Shown here: positions 43,177 to 53,284 of the stretch, piece after piece
Layout of the letters: the number at the start of each line of letters is the position of its first letter
Numbering within the stretch: position 1 is the stretch's first letter
NCBI GenBank assembly: GCA_018401695.1
Contig: JAGYKD010000001.1
Coordinates: forward strand, 1,116,016-1,180,015
Length of the DNA: 64,000 bases
Source: Flavobacteriales bacterium
GTDB taxonomy: Bacteria > Bacteroidota > Bacteroidia > CAIKAF01
Direction of reading: 5' to 3'
The notes under the pieces: generated by a model
Seen by the model: only the letters and a program-made list of their open reading frames with translations
The model's database searches: none
What the model was told of the DNA's origin: nothing
Position numbers and translations under genes: made by a program

Positions 43177-44469
43177 ATGCGTTATCGTCCCATCGACTCC
43201 CAACTTTTTGTAGAAAACCGAAAAAGGCTGGCCGGGCAATTGGCGCCGGGAGGCATGGCCGTGGTCTGTTCCAACGATATTATGCCCACGAATGCCGATG
43301 GTACGATGGGTTTTCGGCAGAATTCGGATTTGCTGTATTTGACCGGAGTAGATCAGGAGGAAAGTACTTTGGTGTTGTTTCCCGGAGCGTCGAATCCTGC
43401 GCATCGGGAAATGTTGTTTTTGCGCGAAACCAACGCGCATATTGCGGTTTGGGAGGGCGACAAGCTCAGCAAAGAACAGGCGTTTGCTCAATCGGGAATA
43501 CAAACGGTGTATTGGAACCAAGATTTTCCTGCCGTTTTTAGGGCTTTGATGGCCGAAGCAGAGACCGTGTATTTGAACCGGAACGAGCACATTCGGGCGA
43601 ATGTGGAGGTGCAACGCAGGGAAGACCGGTTTACTTTATGGTGCAAGGAGCATTATCCATTGCATCAATATGCGCGTTTGGCGCCTTTGCTCATGCGTCA
43701 GCGTGCCCTAAAACACCCTATAGAGGTTGCATTGATGCGCGAGGCTTGCAGGATTACCGAGCTTGGATTTCGTCGCCTCCTATCCTTTGTAAAACCCGGT
43801 GTTTGGGAGCACGAAATTGAAGCCGAGTTGTGGCATGAGTTTATACGGAACCGAGCGGGAGGGTTTGCTTATACGCCCATTATTGCCTCGGGAGAGCGTG
43901 CCTGTGTGCTGCACTATATCGAGAATAATCAGCAATGCCAGGACGGCGATGTATTGCTTTTGGATATCGGTTGCCATTATGCTAATTATGCTTCGGATTT
44001 GTCGCGCAGCATACCGGTGAATGGGCGCTTTTCGCCGCGTCAAAAGGCGGTGTACGAGGCGGTGTTGCGGGTGCAAAAGCAGGCCACGGCTTTGTTGAAG
44101 CCGGGCACCTTGTTTGGCGACTACAATAAGGCAGTGGGAGAATTCATGGAAAAAGAGTTGGTCGACTTAGGCTTGCTGAGCATGGAGGAGATAAAGCAGC
44201 AAGATCCGGCAAAACCCGCCTACAAAAAATACTTTATGCATGGCACCTCGCATTTTATAGGCTTGGATGTGCACGATGTGGGGTATTTTCATGAGCCCAT
44301 GCAAGCGGGCATGGCTTTTACGGTGGAACCCGGCATTTACATTCCCGAAGAAGGGCTTGGCGTGCGGATTGAGAACGATGTGGTGATTACCGAAAGTGGC
44401 ATCGACGACTTGATGGCCAATATACCTCGTGAAGTAGAGGAAATTGAAGCGTTGATGAAAGGCCAATAA
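43177..44469 (+). CDS. pepP: Xaa-Pro aminopeptidase (M24B family)
   Basis: Start re-set to MRYRPIDSQLF…; 430 aa with an M24 metal-binding region (…DIGCHYANYASDLSR…, HGTSHFIGLDVHD). Confidence 0.85.
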   Translation: MRYRPIDSQLFVENRKRLAGQLAPGGMAVVCSNDIMPTNADGTMGFRQNSDLLYLTGVDQEESTLVLFPGASNPAHREMLFLRETNAHIAVWEGDKLSKEQAFAQSGIQTVYWNQDFPAVFRALMAEAETVYLNRNEHIRANVEVQRREDRFTLWCKEHYPLHQYARLAPLLMRQRALKHPIEVALMREACRITELGFRRLLSFVKPGVWEHEIEAELWHEFIRNRAGGFAYTPIIASGERACVLHYIENNQQCQDGDVLLLDIGCHYANYASDLSRSIPVNGRFSPRQKAVYEAVLRVQKQATALLKPGTLFGDYNKAVGEFMEKELVDLGLLSMEEIKQQDPAKPAYKKYFMHGTSHFIGLDVHDVGYFHEPMQAGMAFTVEPGIYIPEEGLGVRIENDVVITESGIDDLMANIPREVEEIEALMKGQ

Positions 44470-44495
44470 CCTTAGCTTAACTTTAAGGCTGCAAT

Positions 44496-45704
44496 TTGGT
44501 AACTTTGCGGCCTATGTGGAAAAAAGCAGGGTTAGTTGCCTTTTTCTTTTTCTTGGTTTTTGGCTTAGATATTCGGGCACAACAAGAAAACGAGACCGAT
44601 GAACGGCCATTGATAAATGTAAAAAAGGGGCTAAGTTTTTCAAAGGATAGCTTGTTTCAACTGAATTTAAGGTTTCGGATGCAAAATCGGGCCAGTGCGT
44701 TTAGCCGGGCGGGCAATGATTTGGGCGTGGATCGCTTCGATTTTCGGGTGCGCCGTTTGCGTTTGCGTTTTGACGGGTATTTACTCAATCCCAAAATTGC
44801 CTATTACATTCAACTTAGTTTTAGCAAGAATGATTTGGATTTGGAAAACGGGGGCTTGATTCCGCAGCCCATTCGTGATGCCATGGTCTACTACTTTTTT
44901 CACGACAATTTTTACCTAGGCTTTGGTCAAAGCAAACTGCCCGGCAACCGCCAGCGGGTGAATTCTTCCGGGAACATGCAACTGCCGGATCGTTCCATTG
45001 CCAACAATCGCTTGACTTTGGATAGGGACTTTGGTTTTTTTGGGTATTGGAAAATCCCATTGGGCAAGCCCTATCTTCGTCTTAAGGGCGCGGTTTCTAC
45101 GGGCGATGGACGGAATGCTTCGGATATTGACGAAGGATTGGCCTACACCCTTCGGGCAGAATACTTTCCTTTGGGCTCATTTGCCAACAACGGTGCCTAT
45201 TCCGAAGGCGATTTGGAGTTTGAGCCTAAGCCGAAATTGGCGGTTGCCCTTGGCGGTCATTTTAACCATAGGGCGAATCGGGCCGGAGGCACTTTCGGGC
45301 AAGAGTTGACCCATCCCAACGATGTTCGGGCGCTGATGGCCGACATGAGTTTCAAATGGCAAGGATGGAGCTTAAATGCTGAATACTTGTACAAGCACGC
45401 ACGTGTCAGCGGTCAGCCGGGAGTACCCCCTCTGATTGGGCAGGCATGGCTTTTTCAAGCCGGTCGTATGTTGGGAAAAAAATCGGAACTGGTTCTCCGT
45501 TATGCAGGCTGGCGTCCCGACGCTCAGGTGCAATGGCGGTATATAGCAGAAGACGAATACGGCTTAAGCTATACTTATTACATCAATGGCCACCGCATTA
45601 AATGTCAAGGCTTTTTGGGTTATCGAAGCTTTGACCAACGGCCGGCGCTTGATGCACCACGTAATTTTTGGCAGTTAACCTTTCAGGTAGAGTTTGGGAT
45701 TTAA
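44496..45704 (+). CDS. outer-membrane beta-barrel (porin-like) protein
   Basis: Signal peptide, alternating amphipathic strands, and a terminal aromatic residue (…QLTFQVEFGI). The start may be MWKKAGL at about 44514. Confidence 0.5.
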   Translation: MVTLRPMWKKAGLVAFFFFLVFGLDIRAQQENETDERPLINVKKGLSFSKDSLFQLNLRFRMQNRASAFSRAGNDLGVDRFDFRVRRLRLRFDGYLLNPKIAYYIQLSFSKNDLDLENGGLIPQPIRDAMVYYFFHDNFYLGFGQSKLPGNRQRVNSSGNMQLPDRSIANNRLTLDRDFGFFGYWKIPLGKPYLRLKGAVSTGDGRNASDIDEGLAYTLRAEYFPLGSFANNGAYSEGDLEFEPKPKLAVALGGHFNHRANRAGGTFGQELTHPNDVRALMADMSFKWQGWSLNAEYLYKHARVSGQPGVPPLIGQAWLFQAGRMLGKKSELVLRYAGWRPDAQVQWRYIAEDEYGLSYTYYINGHRIKCQGFLGYRSFDQRPALDAPRNFWQLTFQVEFGI

Positions 45705-45753
45705 GCTCTTGGAGGGCTTTTCCGCTCATCATTTAGCATTAAGCGACGGGAGG

Positions 45754-46122
45754 CATCTAGTCATGGGAGACGTGAGGCATCTAGTCATGGGGGACGTGAG
45801 GCATCTAGTCATGGGAGACGGGAGGCATCCCGTCTTTACTTAGGCCTGGGAGACGGGAGGCATCTAGTCATGGGAGACGGGAGGCATCCCGTCTTTACTT
45901 AGCCATGAGCGACGGGAGGCATCTAGTCATGGGAGACGGGAGGCATCCCGTCTTTACTTAGCCCTGGGAGACGGGAGGCATCTAGTCATGGGAGACGGGA
46001 GGCATCCCGTCTTTACTTAGCCATGAGCGACGGGAGGCATCTAGTCAAGAGAGACGTGAGGCATCCCGTCTTTACATAGCCCTGGGAGACGTGAGGCATC
46101 CCGTCTTTACCTTATTATTCCT
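45754..46122. repeat. higher-order tandem repeat array (alternating 24-nt and 35-nt units, 59-bp super-unit, 5 copies) rich in perfect hairpins
   Basis: 24-nt unit GACGGGAGGCATCTAGTCATGGGA; 35-nt unit GACGGGAGGCATCCCGTCTTTACTTAGCC(A/C)TG(A/G)G(C/A). Each 35-mer holds a perfect 7-bp stem and 4-nt loop, GACGGGA-GGCA-TCCCGTC, followed by TTT. There are no unique spacers, so it is not CRISPR. Confidence 0.9.
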
Positions 46123-46213
46123 CATCCCAACCGCTTATTCTTTTATCTTTGCTGCGATACATATCGGAACACAGAGTTCCGTTGCGTTCGTATAACTTAA
46201 ATAAAGCTTTGGA

Positions 46214-47294
46214 ATGGCCATCACGCAAGACCATATCAAAGGACTTTTGAAGCGCCTGGAAGCGCTGAGGGGGTCACTTTGACATACCCGGCAAACAAGT
46301 AGCGCTGGAAGAAGAGAACCTTAAAAGGCAAGATCCGGATTTTTGGAACGACCCCAAAGCGGCAGAACTGGTCGAAAAGTCCATTCGAACCAAAGAGAAA
46401 TTGGTAAAAGAGTTTGAGCATGCGCAGCAAAGCTTAGAAGACTTGCAGGTGTTGTTCGACTTTTACAAGGAGGGGGAAGCCGAAGAAACCGATGTAGAAT
46501 CGGCTACCAAAACCTGCCAGGATGGCCTTGATGCCCTGGAATTCAAGAAAATGCTTTCGGGCAAAGAAGATGCCATGGGTGCAGTGGTGCAAATCACCGC
46601 AGGAGCCGGAGGTACCGAGAGCTGCGATTGGGCCTCCATACTTATGCGGATGTACCTTATGTGGGGCGAGAAACATGGGTATTCCATAAAAGAAACGGAT
46701 TTTGTGGAAGGCGATGTGGCCGGGATTAAATCTGTAACCTTGCAATTTGACGGAGAATATGCCTATGGCTACCTAAAGGGCGAAAATGGGGTACATCGCT
46801 TGGTACGGATTTCACCTTTTGATGCCAATGCCAAACGCCATACCAGTTTTGCTTCGGTTTACGTATATCCTGTAGTAGACGACACCATCGAAATCGAAGT
46901 CAAAGATGCCGATATCGAATGGGAAACCTTCCGGTCCGGCGGTGCAGGCGGTCAAAACGTAAACAAGGTAGAAACCGCAGTGCGTCTTTACCACAAACCC
47001 TCGGGAATAATAATAAAGAATCAGGAGAGCCGAAGCCAACTTCAAAACAAAGAAAATGCCCTGCGCCTGCTTAAGTCGCAACTGTACGAAGTAGAAATGC
47101 GCAAACGCAACGAGGCCCGTGCCGAGGTCGAGGGCAATAAAAAGAAAATTGAGTGGGGAAGTCAAATTCGCAGCTACGTGCTGCACCCGTACAAAATGAT
47201 CAAGGATTTGCGCACCGACCACGAAACTTCTAACGCCCAAGCGGTATTGGATGGAGGCTTAGACGGCTTTTTAAAAGCATACCTTTTGAGCTGA
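46214..47294 (+). CDS. prfB: peptide chain release factor 2, requiring programmed +1 ribosomal frameshift
   Basis: Frame 0 runs ATG 46214 … AGG GGG TCA CTT TGA (stop at 46280-82). The +1 frame from 46281 (GAC ATA CCC…) continues into the 297-aa track ORF. Canonical motifs (SPF region, GGQ: …[12 protein letters not shown]…) are present. Confidence 0.9.
46268..46283 (+). promoter_or_regulatory. RF2 autoregulatory +1 frameshift site (internal SD-like AGGGGG + CUU UGA C slippery/stop context)
   Basis: Sequence AGGGGGTCACTTTGAC; a classic prfB recoding signal. Confidence 0.85.
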
Positions 47295-47650
47295 TGGCTA
47301 AAAATAGATACACTATTTTTCATAATCCCCGCTGCGGTAAAAGCCGGGAGGCACTGGGGCTTCTGTTGAAAAAGGGCGGGGACATTAAGGTCATTGAGTA
47401 CCTTAAAAACCCGCCAAGTTTAGAAGAACTCGAAGAGCTTAGTCATTTGTTGGATTTGGAGGCAATGGAGATGCTGCGGCTCAAAGATCCCAAATACAAA
47501 GCCTTGTTTGGTGCGGATGTACCCGACCATTATACCGCTTTAGAGCGTTTGGCAGCGCATCCGGAGCTTTTGCAGAGGCCTATTGTAATTAAGGGCAGTG
47601 CCGCTGTAATTGCCCGGCCTGCGGAACGGATAGAGCGGCTGGAGGATTAA
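47294..47650 (+). CDS. ArsC/Spx-family (YffB-like) thioredoxin-fold protein
   Basis: [21 protein letters not shown]… with CxxS/redox Cys near the N-terminus, 118 aa. ATG overlaps the prfB stop. Confidence 0.75.
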   Translation: MAKNRYTIFHNPRCGKSREALGLLLKKGGDIKVIEYLKNPPSLEELEELSHLLDLEAMEMLRLKDPKYKALFGADVPDHYTALERLAAHPELLQRPIVIKGSAAVIARPAERIERLED

Positions 47651-47801
47651 GTGTTGTTATCCTTTATGTGACTGGTGACGCGTTGTGTTTTCAAGACGGA
47701 GTGTCTGACCGAAGCGTCAAGGGTCTCTTTTTGCATATTATGACAGCGAATGTTATACGGGAAAAATTGCTTTATTGCAGTCTGATTGCGGTGTAGCAAA
47801 C

Positions 47802-49028
47802 TTATTTGAGGACCTGGATGGCGTCTTCTTTTTTGAATTTTACCAGCTGCATGCGCCACCAAGAAATGAGGAGTCCTACGGAGAAAACGGTGGCAAAAAC
47901 GAGGGCTAAGTCGCTGAAATAGACCACGACGGGGTAGGGTTCTCCGGCGGCGTTGAGGGGGTACCAGCCGGTGAGGGCTTGGAGGCCGACAACGGCCAAG
48001 CCCAGCAACATTCCGGCGATGCAGCCTAAGAAGGAAACCAAACTGCCGAGCAGGGTAAAAATGCTGCGGAGCATGCCGGCGTGGGCGCCGAGGGACCACA
48101 AAACCATCAGGTCTTTGCGTTTTTCAACCACCAAAAGGGTTTGTACGCTCATAAGGTTAAAGCTGGCAATGAGCATGATGAAGGCCACGATTAAAAAAAC
48201 GGCCAGCTTTTCGGTGCGGAGGATTTTGTAAATAAGGGCATGTTGTTCCAGTCGGTTTTTTACGGTCCAGGCTTCGCCCAGCAATTCCTTGAGTTGTTCT
48301 TGTAGCGCGTCGAGATGGGCACTGCTTTTTGGGTAGATGTATAGGGCGCTGATTTTTTTTCCGGAACCGGTGAGTTTTTGTGCCTCTTCTAAGCCAATCA
48401 GGGCGAGGGTTTCGTTGCTTTCCTGGGGGACAAAAAAGATACCCGAAGGATTGAGGCTTAGGTCGCGAAAAGGTTGAAACAGATTGATTCCTCCACTTTT
48501 TGGACAATAGGCCACTAGCTGTTTAAAAGGTTCGCCAATGCGAATGCCTAGAGAGGAGGCGAGACCTTGGCCAAGCAAGGTTTGTGCAGGGCCTTGGCTT
48601 TGTGGTTTGGGGAGGCTTCCGGAAATAAGTAGCGTATCTAAGGCCACTTGTTCCAAAAAAATGGGTTCAATGCCCTTGATTTGTCCTACCTTTTGTTGGG
48701 TTCCATAAGTAAAAAGCACGCTTTCTTCGAGAATTCGGCTAAAACCGGCCAAATCCGGGTGTTGGTTTAAGGCGGCTTCTTGGTTGGCGCTTAGTTCTTG
48801 GCGTTTGCCTTGTGCCGGTTGCACCAGAAGGGGAGGGTCGAGCATGTCGAACATGCCAATGACCTTCCATTCAAGGCCGTTAAAAGCTGAGAGCAGAATA
48901 ACCAGGGCTGCGGAAACCACTCCAATGGCCAGCATAGACAAGCCGGTGATTAAATGAATGGCGTTTCTGCTTTTCTTGGAGAAAAGGTACCGCCAGGCCA
49001 TACGTAGGGCAAAACGCCGGGTTCGCAT
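47802..49028 (-). CDS. FtsX-like ABC transporter permease (LolC/E family)
   Basis: 408 aa with N-terminal TM, large periplasmic loop and 3 C-terminal TMs. Confidence 0.8.
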   Translation of the reverse strand: MRTRRFALRMAWRYLFSKKSRNAIHLITGLSMLAIGVVSAALVILLSAFNGLEWKVIGMFDMLDPPLLVQPAQGKRQELSANQEAALNQHPDLAGFSRILEESVLFTYGTQQKVGQIKGIEPIFLEQVALDTLLISGSLPKPQSQGPAQTLLGQGLASSLGIRIGEPFKQLVAYCPKSGGINLFQPFRDLSLNPSGIFFVPQESNETLALIGLEEAQKLTGSGKKISALYIYPKSSAHLDALQEQLKELLGEAWTVKNRLEQHALIYKILRTEKLAVFLIVAFIMLIASFNLMSVQTLLVVEKRKDLMVLWSLGAHAGMLRSIFTLLGSLVSFLGCIAGMLLGLAVVGLQALTGWYPLNAAGEPYPVVVYFSDLALVFATVFSVGLLISWWRMQLVKFKKEDAIQVLK

Positions 49029-49127
49029 GATGCAAATATGAGATATTTTGGCGGTAGGGCTTGGGGAATGGTTGGTATATTTTGCCTAATTGCCCGTTGT
49101 ATGTACCTTCGTTGCCACTCAAAAACG

Positions 49128-51449
49128 ATGTGGGCATCCTTAGCATCTTTTATTATTCGGCAGCGTATATGGCTGTTTCTTTCGGTAGTGCTCAGTACCG
49201 GGCTTATGGCTTTTTTTGCCAAAGACACCCGCATGAGCTATGCTCCTGGGCAGGTATTGCCCTCTAACGACAGCACTTGGATTGAATATCAAAACTTCCG
49301 TTCCACCTTTGGTGAAGAGGCCAATGCGGTGGTTATGGCGGTGGATCACCCCGATTTTTTTGATGCCGAACATTTGGCCCATTGGCAAGGCTTAGAACAG
49401 GGTATGCGTGAGGTGCAAAAGGTAGATTGGACCTTAAGTTTGCTTTCAGCCATGGAGCTGAAGCGCAACGACAGCCTCAAAAACTTTGAAAGCCTTGGCT
49501 TGCATGGGCGAAGGTTGAGTAGGGCTATACTGGACAGTTTGCCCTTTTATGAGTCGGTTTTGTGGGACAGTTCGGGGCAGGTGTTTATGTTGTTTGCCGG
49601 TTTAGATGAGCAAGTAATTCATACCGAAGAGCGTGAAAGGGTGGTTACGGATATGCTGCATGTGATTGAGACTTACGAGGAGAAGACCGGTAAGAATCTG
49701 CGGATTTCGGGCTTGCCTTTTATCCGAACGGAGACCATTCGTCAATCAAGCCGCGAAATAGTGTTGTTTATTTTGTTAGCGGCCTTGGTAACTTCTCTAG
49801 TGCTTTGGTTCTTTTTTCGTTCTCTTACCTCCATTTTGGTTCCTTTGGTGGTGGTGGCCATGGGTGTGGTTTGGAGTTCGGCCATTATGGGCCTGCTGGG
49901 CTATAATATTACTTCTTTAACGGGCTTGATTCCTCCTTTGCTGATTGTTATTGGCATTCCCAATGCGGTGTATTTAATCAACAAATACCATCAGGAATAT
50001 CAAATGCACCAGAACAAAATGAAGGCATTGAGCCGGATGGTGTATAAATCGGGCAAGGCTATATTTCTAACCAATTTAACTACGGCCACCGGATTTGGGA
50101 CTTTGGTAATAACCAATGCCAAGGTCTTGGTAGAATTTGGAGTTGTGGCTTTTTTAAGTATTCTGGTACTCTTTGTGCTCTCTTTGGTTATGATACCGGT
50201 GTGTTTTAGCTTTTTGCCTCCTCCGGGCGGTGTTCAGTTGAAGCACTTAAAGCGTAAGGGGGCCGGCTTTTTAAACAAATGGTTGGTGGTAACGGCTGCT
50301 CGTCAGCGCAAGTGGGTGTTTGGACTGAGTATATTGGTGGCGGGGTTTGCTTTGGCAGGAGCAGTGCAGGTTGAGCCTAGTGGCAAGATTTCGGACGACA
50401 TTCCCAAAAATAGCCCTGTATTTGAGGATTTGACCTTTTTTGAGCAGCATTTTGAAGGGGTTATGCCCTTTGAAGTGATGATAAACACCGGAAAGCCAAG
50501 ACGGATTGAGCGGGACAAAGATTTGTGGGGGCGCATTTCGGATTTGCAAGACAGTATGTGGGTCCGTCCCGGCATTTCGCGTCCTGTAAGTATGGTGGAG
50601 CTTATCAAATTCTCCAATCAGGCCCTTTATAAAGGAAGTCCAGAGTTTTATGCCTTACCCAGCCATCTAGATATGGGTTTGTTGCGGTCTTATCTGGGAC
50701 GCAGCTCAACCGATCAAGATTCTTTGCTGAATATGTATGTAGACAGCACGCGGCAGTTTGTGCGAATTCGTGCACGCTTGGCCGATGTTGGAACCTACGA
50801 ATTGAGCCATTTGTCTTCGGATATTGGGCAAGTAGCGGACGAGCTTTTTGAGGGCACCGATATGCAAGTGAGCTTTACCGGAGCATCGGTAGTGATGATG
50901 AAAGCCACCGATTATTTGGTTCGTAATTTGTTTATGAGCCTATTGGTGGCCATGACCTTGATAGCCGTATTGATGTCGGTGATGTTTAAGTCACCTAAAA
51001 TGGTGCTTATTTCTTTAATTCCTAATCTTTTGCCGCTTTTGTTTACGGCCGGAGCTATGGGATGGTTGGGCATTCCGCTTAAGGCCTCGACTTCTTTAAT
51101 CTTTAGTGTTGCTTTTGGGATTTCGGTGGACGATACCATTCACTTTTTGTCGAGGTATCGTCAGGAATTGTGGCATACCAAGGGCAATATTCGGGAGTCG
51201 GTCTACAGAGCCCTTGGCGAAACAGGTTTAAGTATGACTTATACCTCTATTATTCTTTTCTTTGGATTCTCCATCTTTATGGCCTCGGAGTTTGGTGCTA
51301 CGGTGGCCCTAGGTATGTTGGTGAGTTTAACCCTTTTGGTGGCTATGTTTACCAACCTTACCTTGTTGCCGGCCATGCTTATTGGATTTCAAAAGAAAGA
51401 AATGGACAAAAATTACGCAAAACATGGATCTTTAGAACCGGAAAAATAA
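49128..51449 (+). CDS. MMPL/RND-superfamily transporter (HpnN-like, two 6-TM bundles with SSD-like region)
   Basis: Start re-set to ATG 49128 (MWASLASFIIRQRIWLFL…). Two hydrophobic 6-TM blocks are separated by soluble domains. Total about 773 aa. Confidence 0.7.
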   Translation: MWASLASFIIRQRIWLFLSVVLSTGLMAFFAKDTRMSYAPGQVLPSNDSTWIEYQNFRSTFGEEANAVVMAVDHPDFFDAEHLAHWQGLEQGMREVQKVDWTLSLLSAMELKRNDSLKNFESLGLHGRRLSRAILDSLPFYESVLWDSSGQVFMLFAGLDEQVIHTEERERVVTDMLHVIETYEEKTGKNLRISGLPFIRTETIRQSSREIVLFILLAALVTSLVLWFFFRSLTSILVPLVVVAMGVVWSSAIMGLLGYNITSLTGLIPPLLIVIGIPNAVYLINKYHQEYQMHQNKMKALSRMVYKSGKAIFLTNLTTATGFGTLVITNAKVLVEFGVVAFLSILVLFVLSLVMIPVCFSFLPPPGGVQLKHLKRKGAGFLNKWLVVTAARQRKWVFGLSILVAGFALAGAVQVEPSGKISDDIPKNSPVFEDLTFFEQHFEGVMPFEVMINTGKPRRIERDKDLWGRISDLQDSMWVRPGISRPVSMVELIKFSNQALYKGSPEFYALPSHLDMGLLRSYLGRSSTDQDSLLNMYVDSTRQFVRIRARLADVGTYELSHLSSDIGQVADELFEGTDMQVSFTGASVVMMKATDYLVRNLFMSLLVAMTLIAVLMSVMFKSPKMVLISLIPNLLPLLFTAGAMGWLGIPLKASTSLIFSVAFGISVDDTIHFLSRYRQELWHTKGNIRESVYRALGETGLSMTYTSIILFFGFSIFMASEFGATVALGMLVSLTLLVAMFTNLTLLPAMLIGFQKKEMDKNYAKHGSLEPEK

Positions 51450-51469
51450 AACCAAAACCCAATTAAGAA

Positions 51470-52339
51470 ATGAAAGGCATTATTTTGGCAGGCGGCTCCG
51501 GCAGCCGGCTTTACCCCATTACCCTAGGCATTTCCAAGCAATTGATGCCGGTGTACGACAAGCCCATGATTTATTATCCCTTGTCTGTGCTCATGATGGC
51601 AGGAATTCGGGATATTCTAATCATTTCAACTCCGGAAGACCAAGCCGGCTTTAAACGTTTGCTGGGCGATGGTTCCCGTTTGGGTTGTAATTTTGAGTTT
51701 GCCATACAAGAGGTTCCCAACGGCTTGGCCCAAGCCTTTGTCATTGGCAAATCCTTTATCGGAAATGAACCGGTGGCCTTGGTGCTGGGCGACAATATTT
51801 TTTATGGCAGCGGTTTAGGCCGACAACTGGCCAATTTAGAAAACCCGCTCGGGGGCATTGTTTTTGCCTATCATGTAACCGACCCCCACCGCTATGGCGT
51901 GGTAGATTTCGACGAAAATGGGAAGGTACTTTCTTTGGAAGAAAAACCCGAAAATCCCAAAAGTAATTTTGCTGTTCCCGGTCTTTACTTTTACAGCAAT
52001 GATGTAATTGCAATTGCCGAGCATTTAGAGCCAAGTGCCCGAGGCGAATACGAGATTACCGATGTAAACAAGGAGTATTTGAAGCAAGGACGTCTCAAGG
52101 TGCAGATTTTGGAGCGAGGAACCGCTTGGCTGGACACAGGTACTTTCCCTTCCTTAATGCAGGCTTCGCAGTTTGTGCAGGTTATTGAAGAACGCCAAGG
52201 CCTTAAAGTGGGATGCATCGAAGAAATTGCCTGGAGAAAAGGCTTTATAAACAATAAACAATTGATGGAAATAGCCAGACCTTTGGAAAAGTCCGGTTAC
52301 GGAACCTATTTAATGAACTTACGTAAGCACAACTTTTGA
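51470..52339 (+). CDS. rfbA: glucose-1-phosphate thymidylyltransferase
   Basis: [18 protein letters not shown]… signature, 289 aa. Confidence 0.95.
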   Translation: MKGIILAGGSGSRLYPITLGISKQLMPVYDKPMIYYPLSVLMMAGIRDILIISTPEDQAGFKRLLGDGSRLGCNFEFAIQEVPNGLAQAFVIGKSFIGNEPVALVLGDNIFYGSGLGRQLANLENPLGGIVFAYHVTDPHRYGVVDFDENGKVLSLEEKPENPKSNFAVPGLYFYSNDVIAIAEHLEPSARGEYEITDVNKEYLKQGRLKVQILERGTAWLDTGTFPSLMQASQFVQVIEERQGLKVGCIEEIAWRKGFINNKQLMEIARPLEKSGYGTYLMNLRKHNF

Positions 52340-52343
52340 GCGC

Positions 52344-53279
52344 ATGAGCAAACATATTTTACTCACCGGAGGCGCCGGATTCATTGGAGCCAACATGGCC
52401 GAGCGATTGGCCCATAACCCCGAACACCAAGTCGTGGTAGTCGATAACTTCAGAACCGGAGAGCCAACCAAACTTCCTAACCCGGACCAGTACCCCAACG
52501 TTCGGTTTATTAAGTGCGATGTAAATGTTTTTCAAGACATTAGCAGCATTTTCTATGCCTTTAAGTTCGATTATGTGTTCCACTATGCCGCTTTGGTTGG
52601 CGTTAAGCGTACCTTGGCCAATCCGGTCTCGGTTTTGAACGACATCCATGGCATTGAAAACATCCTAAAACTTTCCAAAAACACCGGCGTAAAGCGTGTG
52701 TTTTTCAGCTCTTCTTCCGAAGTGTACGGCGAACCGGTGGAGTTTCCTCAAAATGAACGAACTACCCCTCTTAATTCCCGCCTTCCCTACGCCGTGGTTA
52801 AAAATATCGGCGAATCTTTTCTTCGCAGTTATTACCAAGAGTATGGCCTCGAATACACCATCTTTAGGTTTTTCAATACCTATGGCCCAAAACAAAGCCG
52901 TGATTTTGTCGTTAGCCGTTTTATGCATTTGGCCTTAGAAGGAAAACCCCTCACTATTTACGGCGACGGACAGCAAACCCGAACTTTTTGTTTTATCAAA
53001 GACAATATAGACGCCTGCTATGCCGCCTTCGAAAAAGACATGTTCATCAACGATGTAGTGAATGTAGGCGGAAATATCGAAGTCACTATTAAGGAATTGG
53101 CAGAAGTCATTATTGATGTGACCCAATCCTCTTCTACGCTGAAACATTTGCCCCCATTGCCCGAAGGCGATATGACCCGCCGCCTGCCGGATACCACCAA
53201 AATGGACCAATTGCTGCAAAGACCTCGTATAAAACTTAACGAAGGACTCAAAACGCTGCTGGAAAGCAAGGCCTTTTAA
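52344..53279 (+). CDS. NAD-dependent epimerase/dehydratase (extended SDR; UDP-glucuronate decarboxylase/dTDP-glucose dehydratase-like)
   Basis: TGGAGFIGAN Rossmann motif and YxxxK (YAVVK). Confidence 0.85.
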   Translation: MSKHILLTGGAGFIGANMAERLAHNPEHQVVVVDNFRTGEPTKLPNPDQYPNVRFIKCDVNVFQDISSIFYAFKFDYVFHYAALVGVKRTLANPVSVLNDIHGIENILKLSKNTGVKRVFFSSSSEVYGEPVEFPQNERTTPLNSRLPYAVVKNIGESFLRSYYQEYGLEYTIFRFFNTYGPKQSRDFVVSRFMHLALEGKPLTIYGDGQQTRTFCFIKDNIDACYAAFEKDMFINDVVNVGGNIEVTIKELAEVIIDVTQSSSTLKHLPPLPEGDMTRRLPDTTKMDQLLQRPRIKLNEGLKTLLESKAF

Positions 53280-53284
53280 CGCTT

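Noticed and set aside
45754-46122. Possible CRISPR array (regular repeats of 24 and 35 nt)
   Set aside because: All intervening segments are themselves repeated; there are no unique spacers. The structure is a 59-bp higher-order tandem repeat of hairpins, and no cas genes are nearby.
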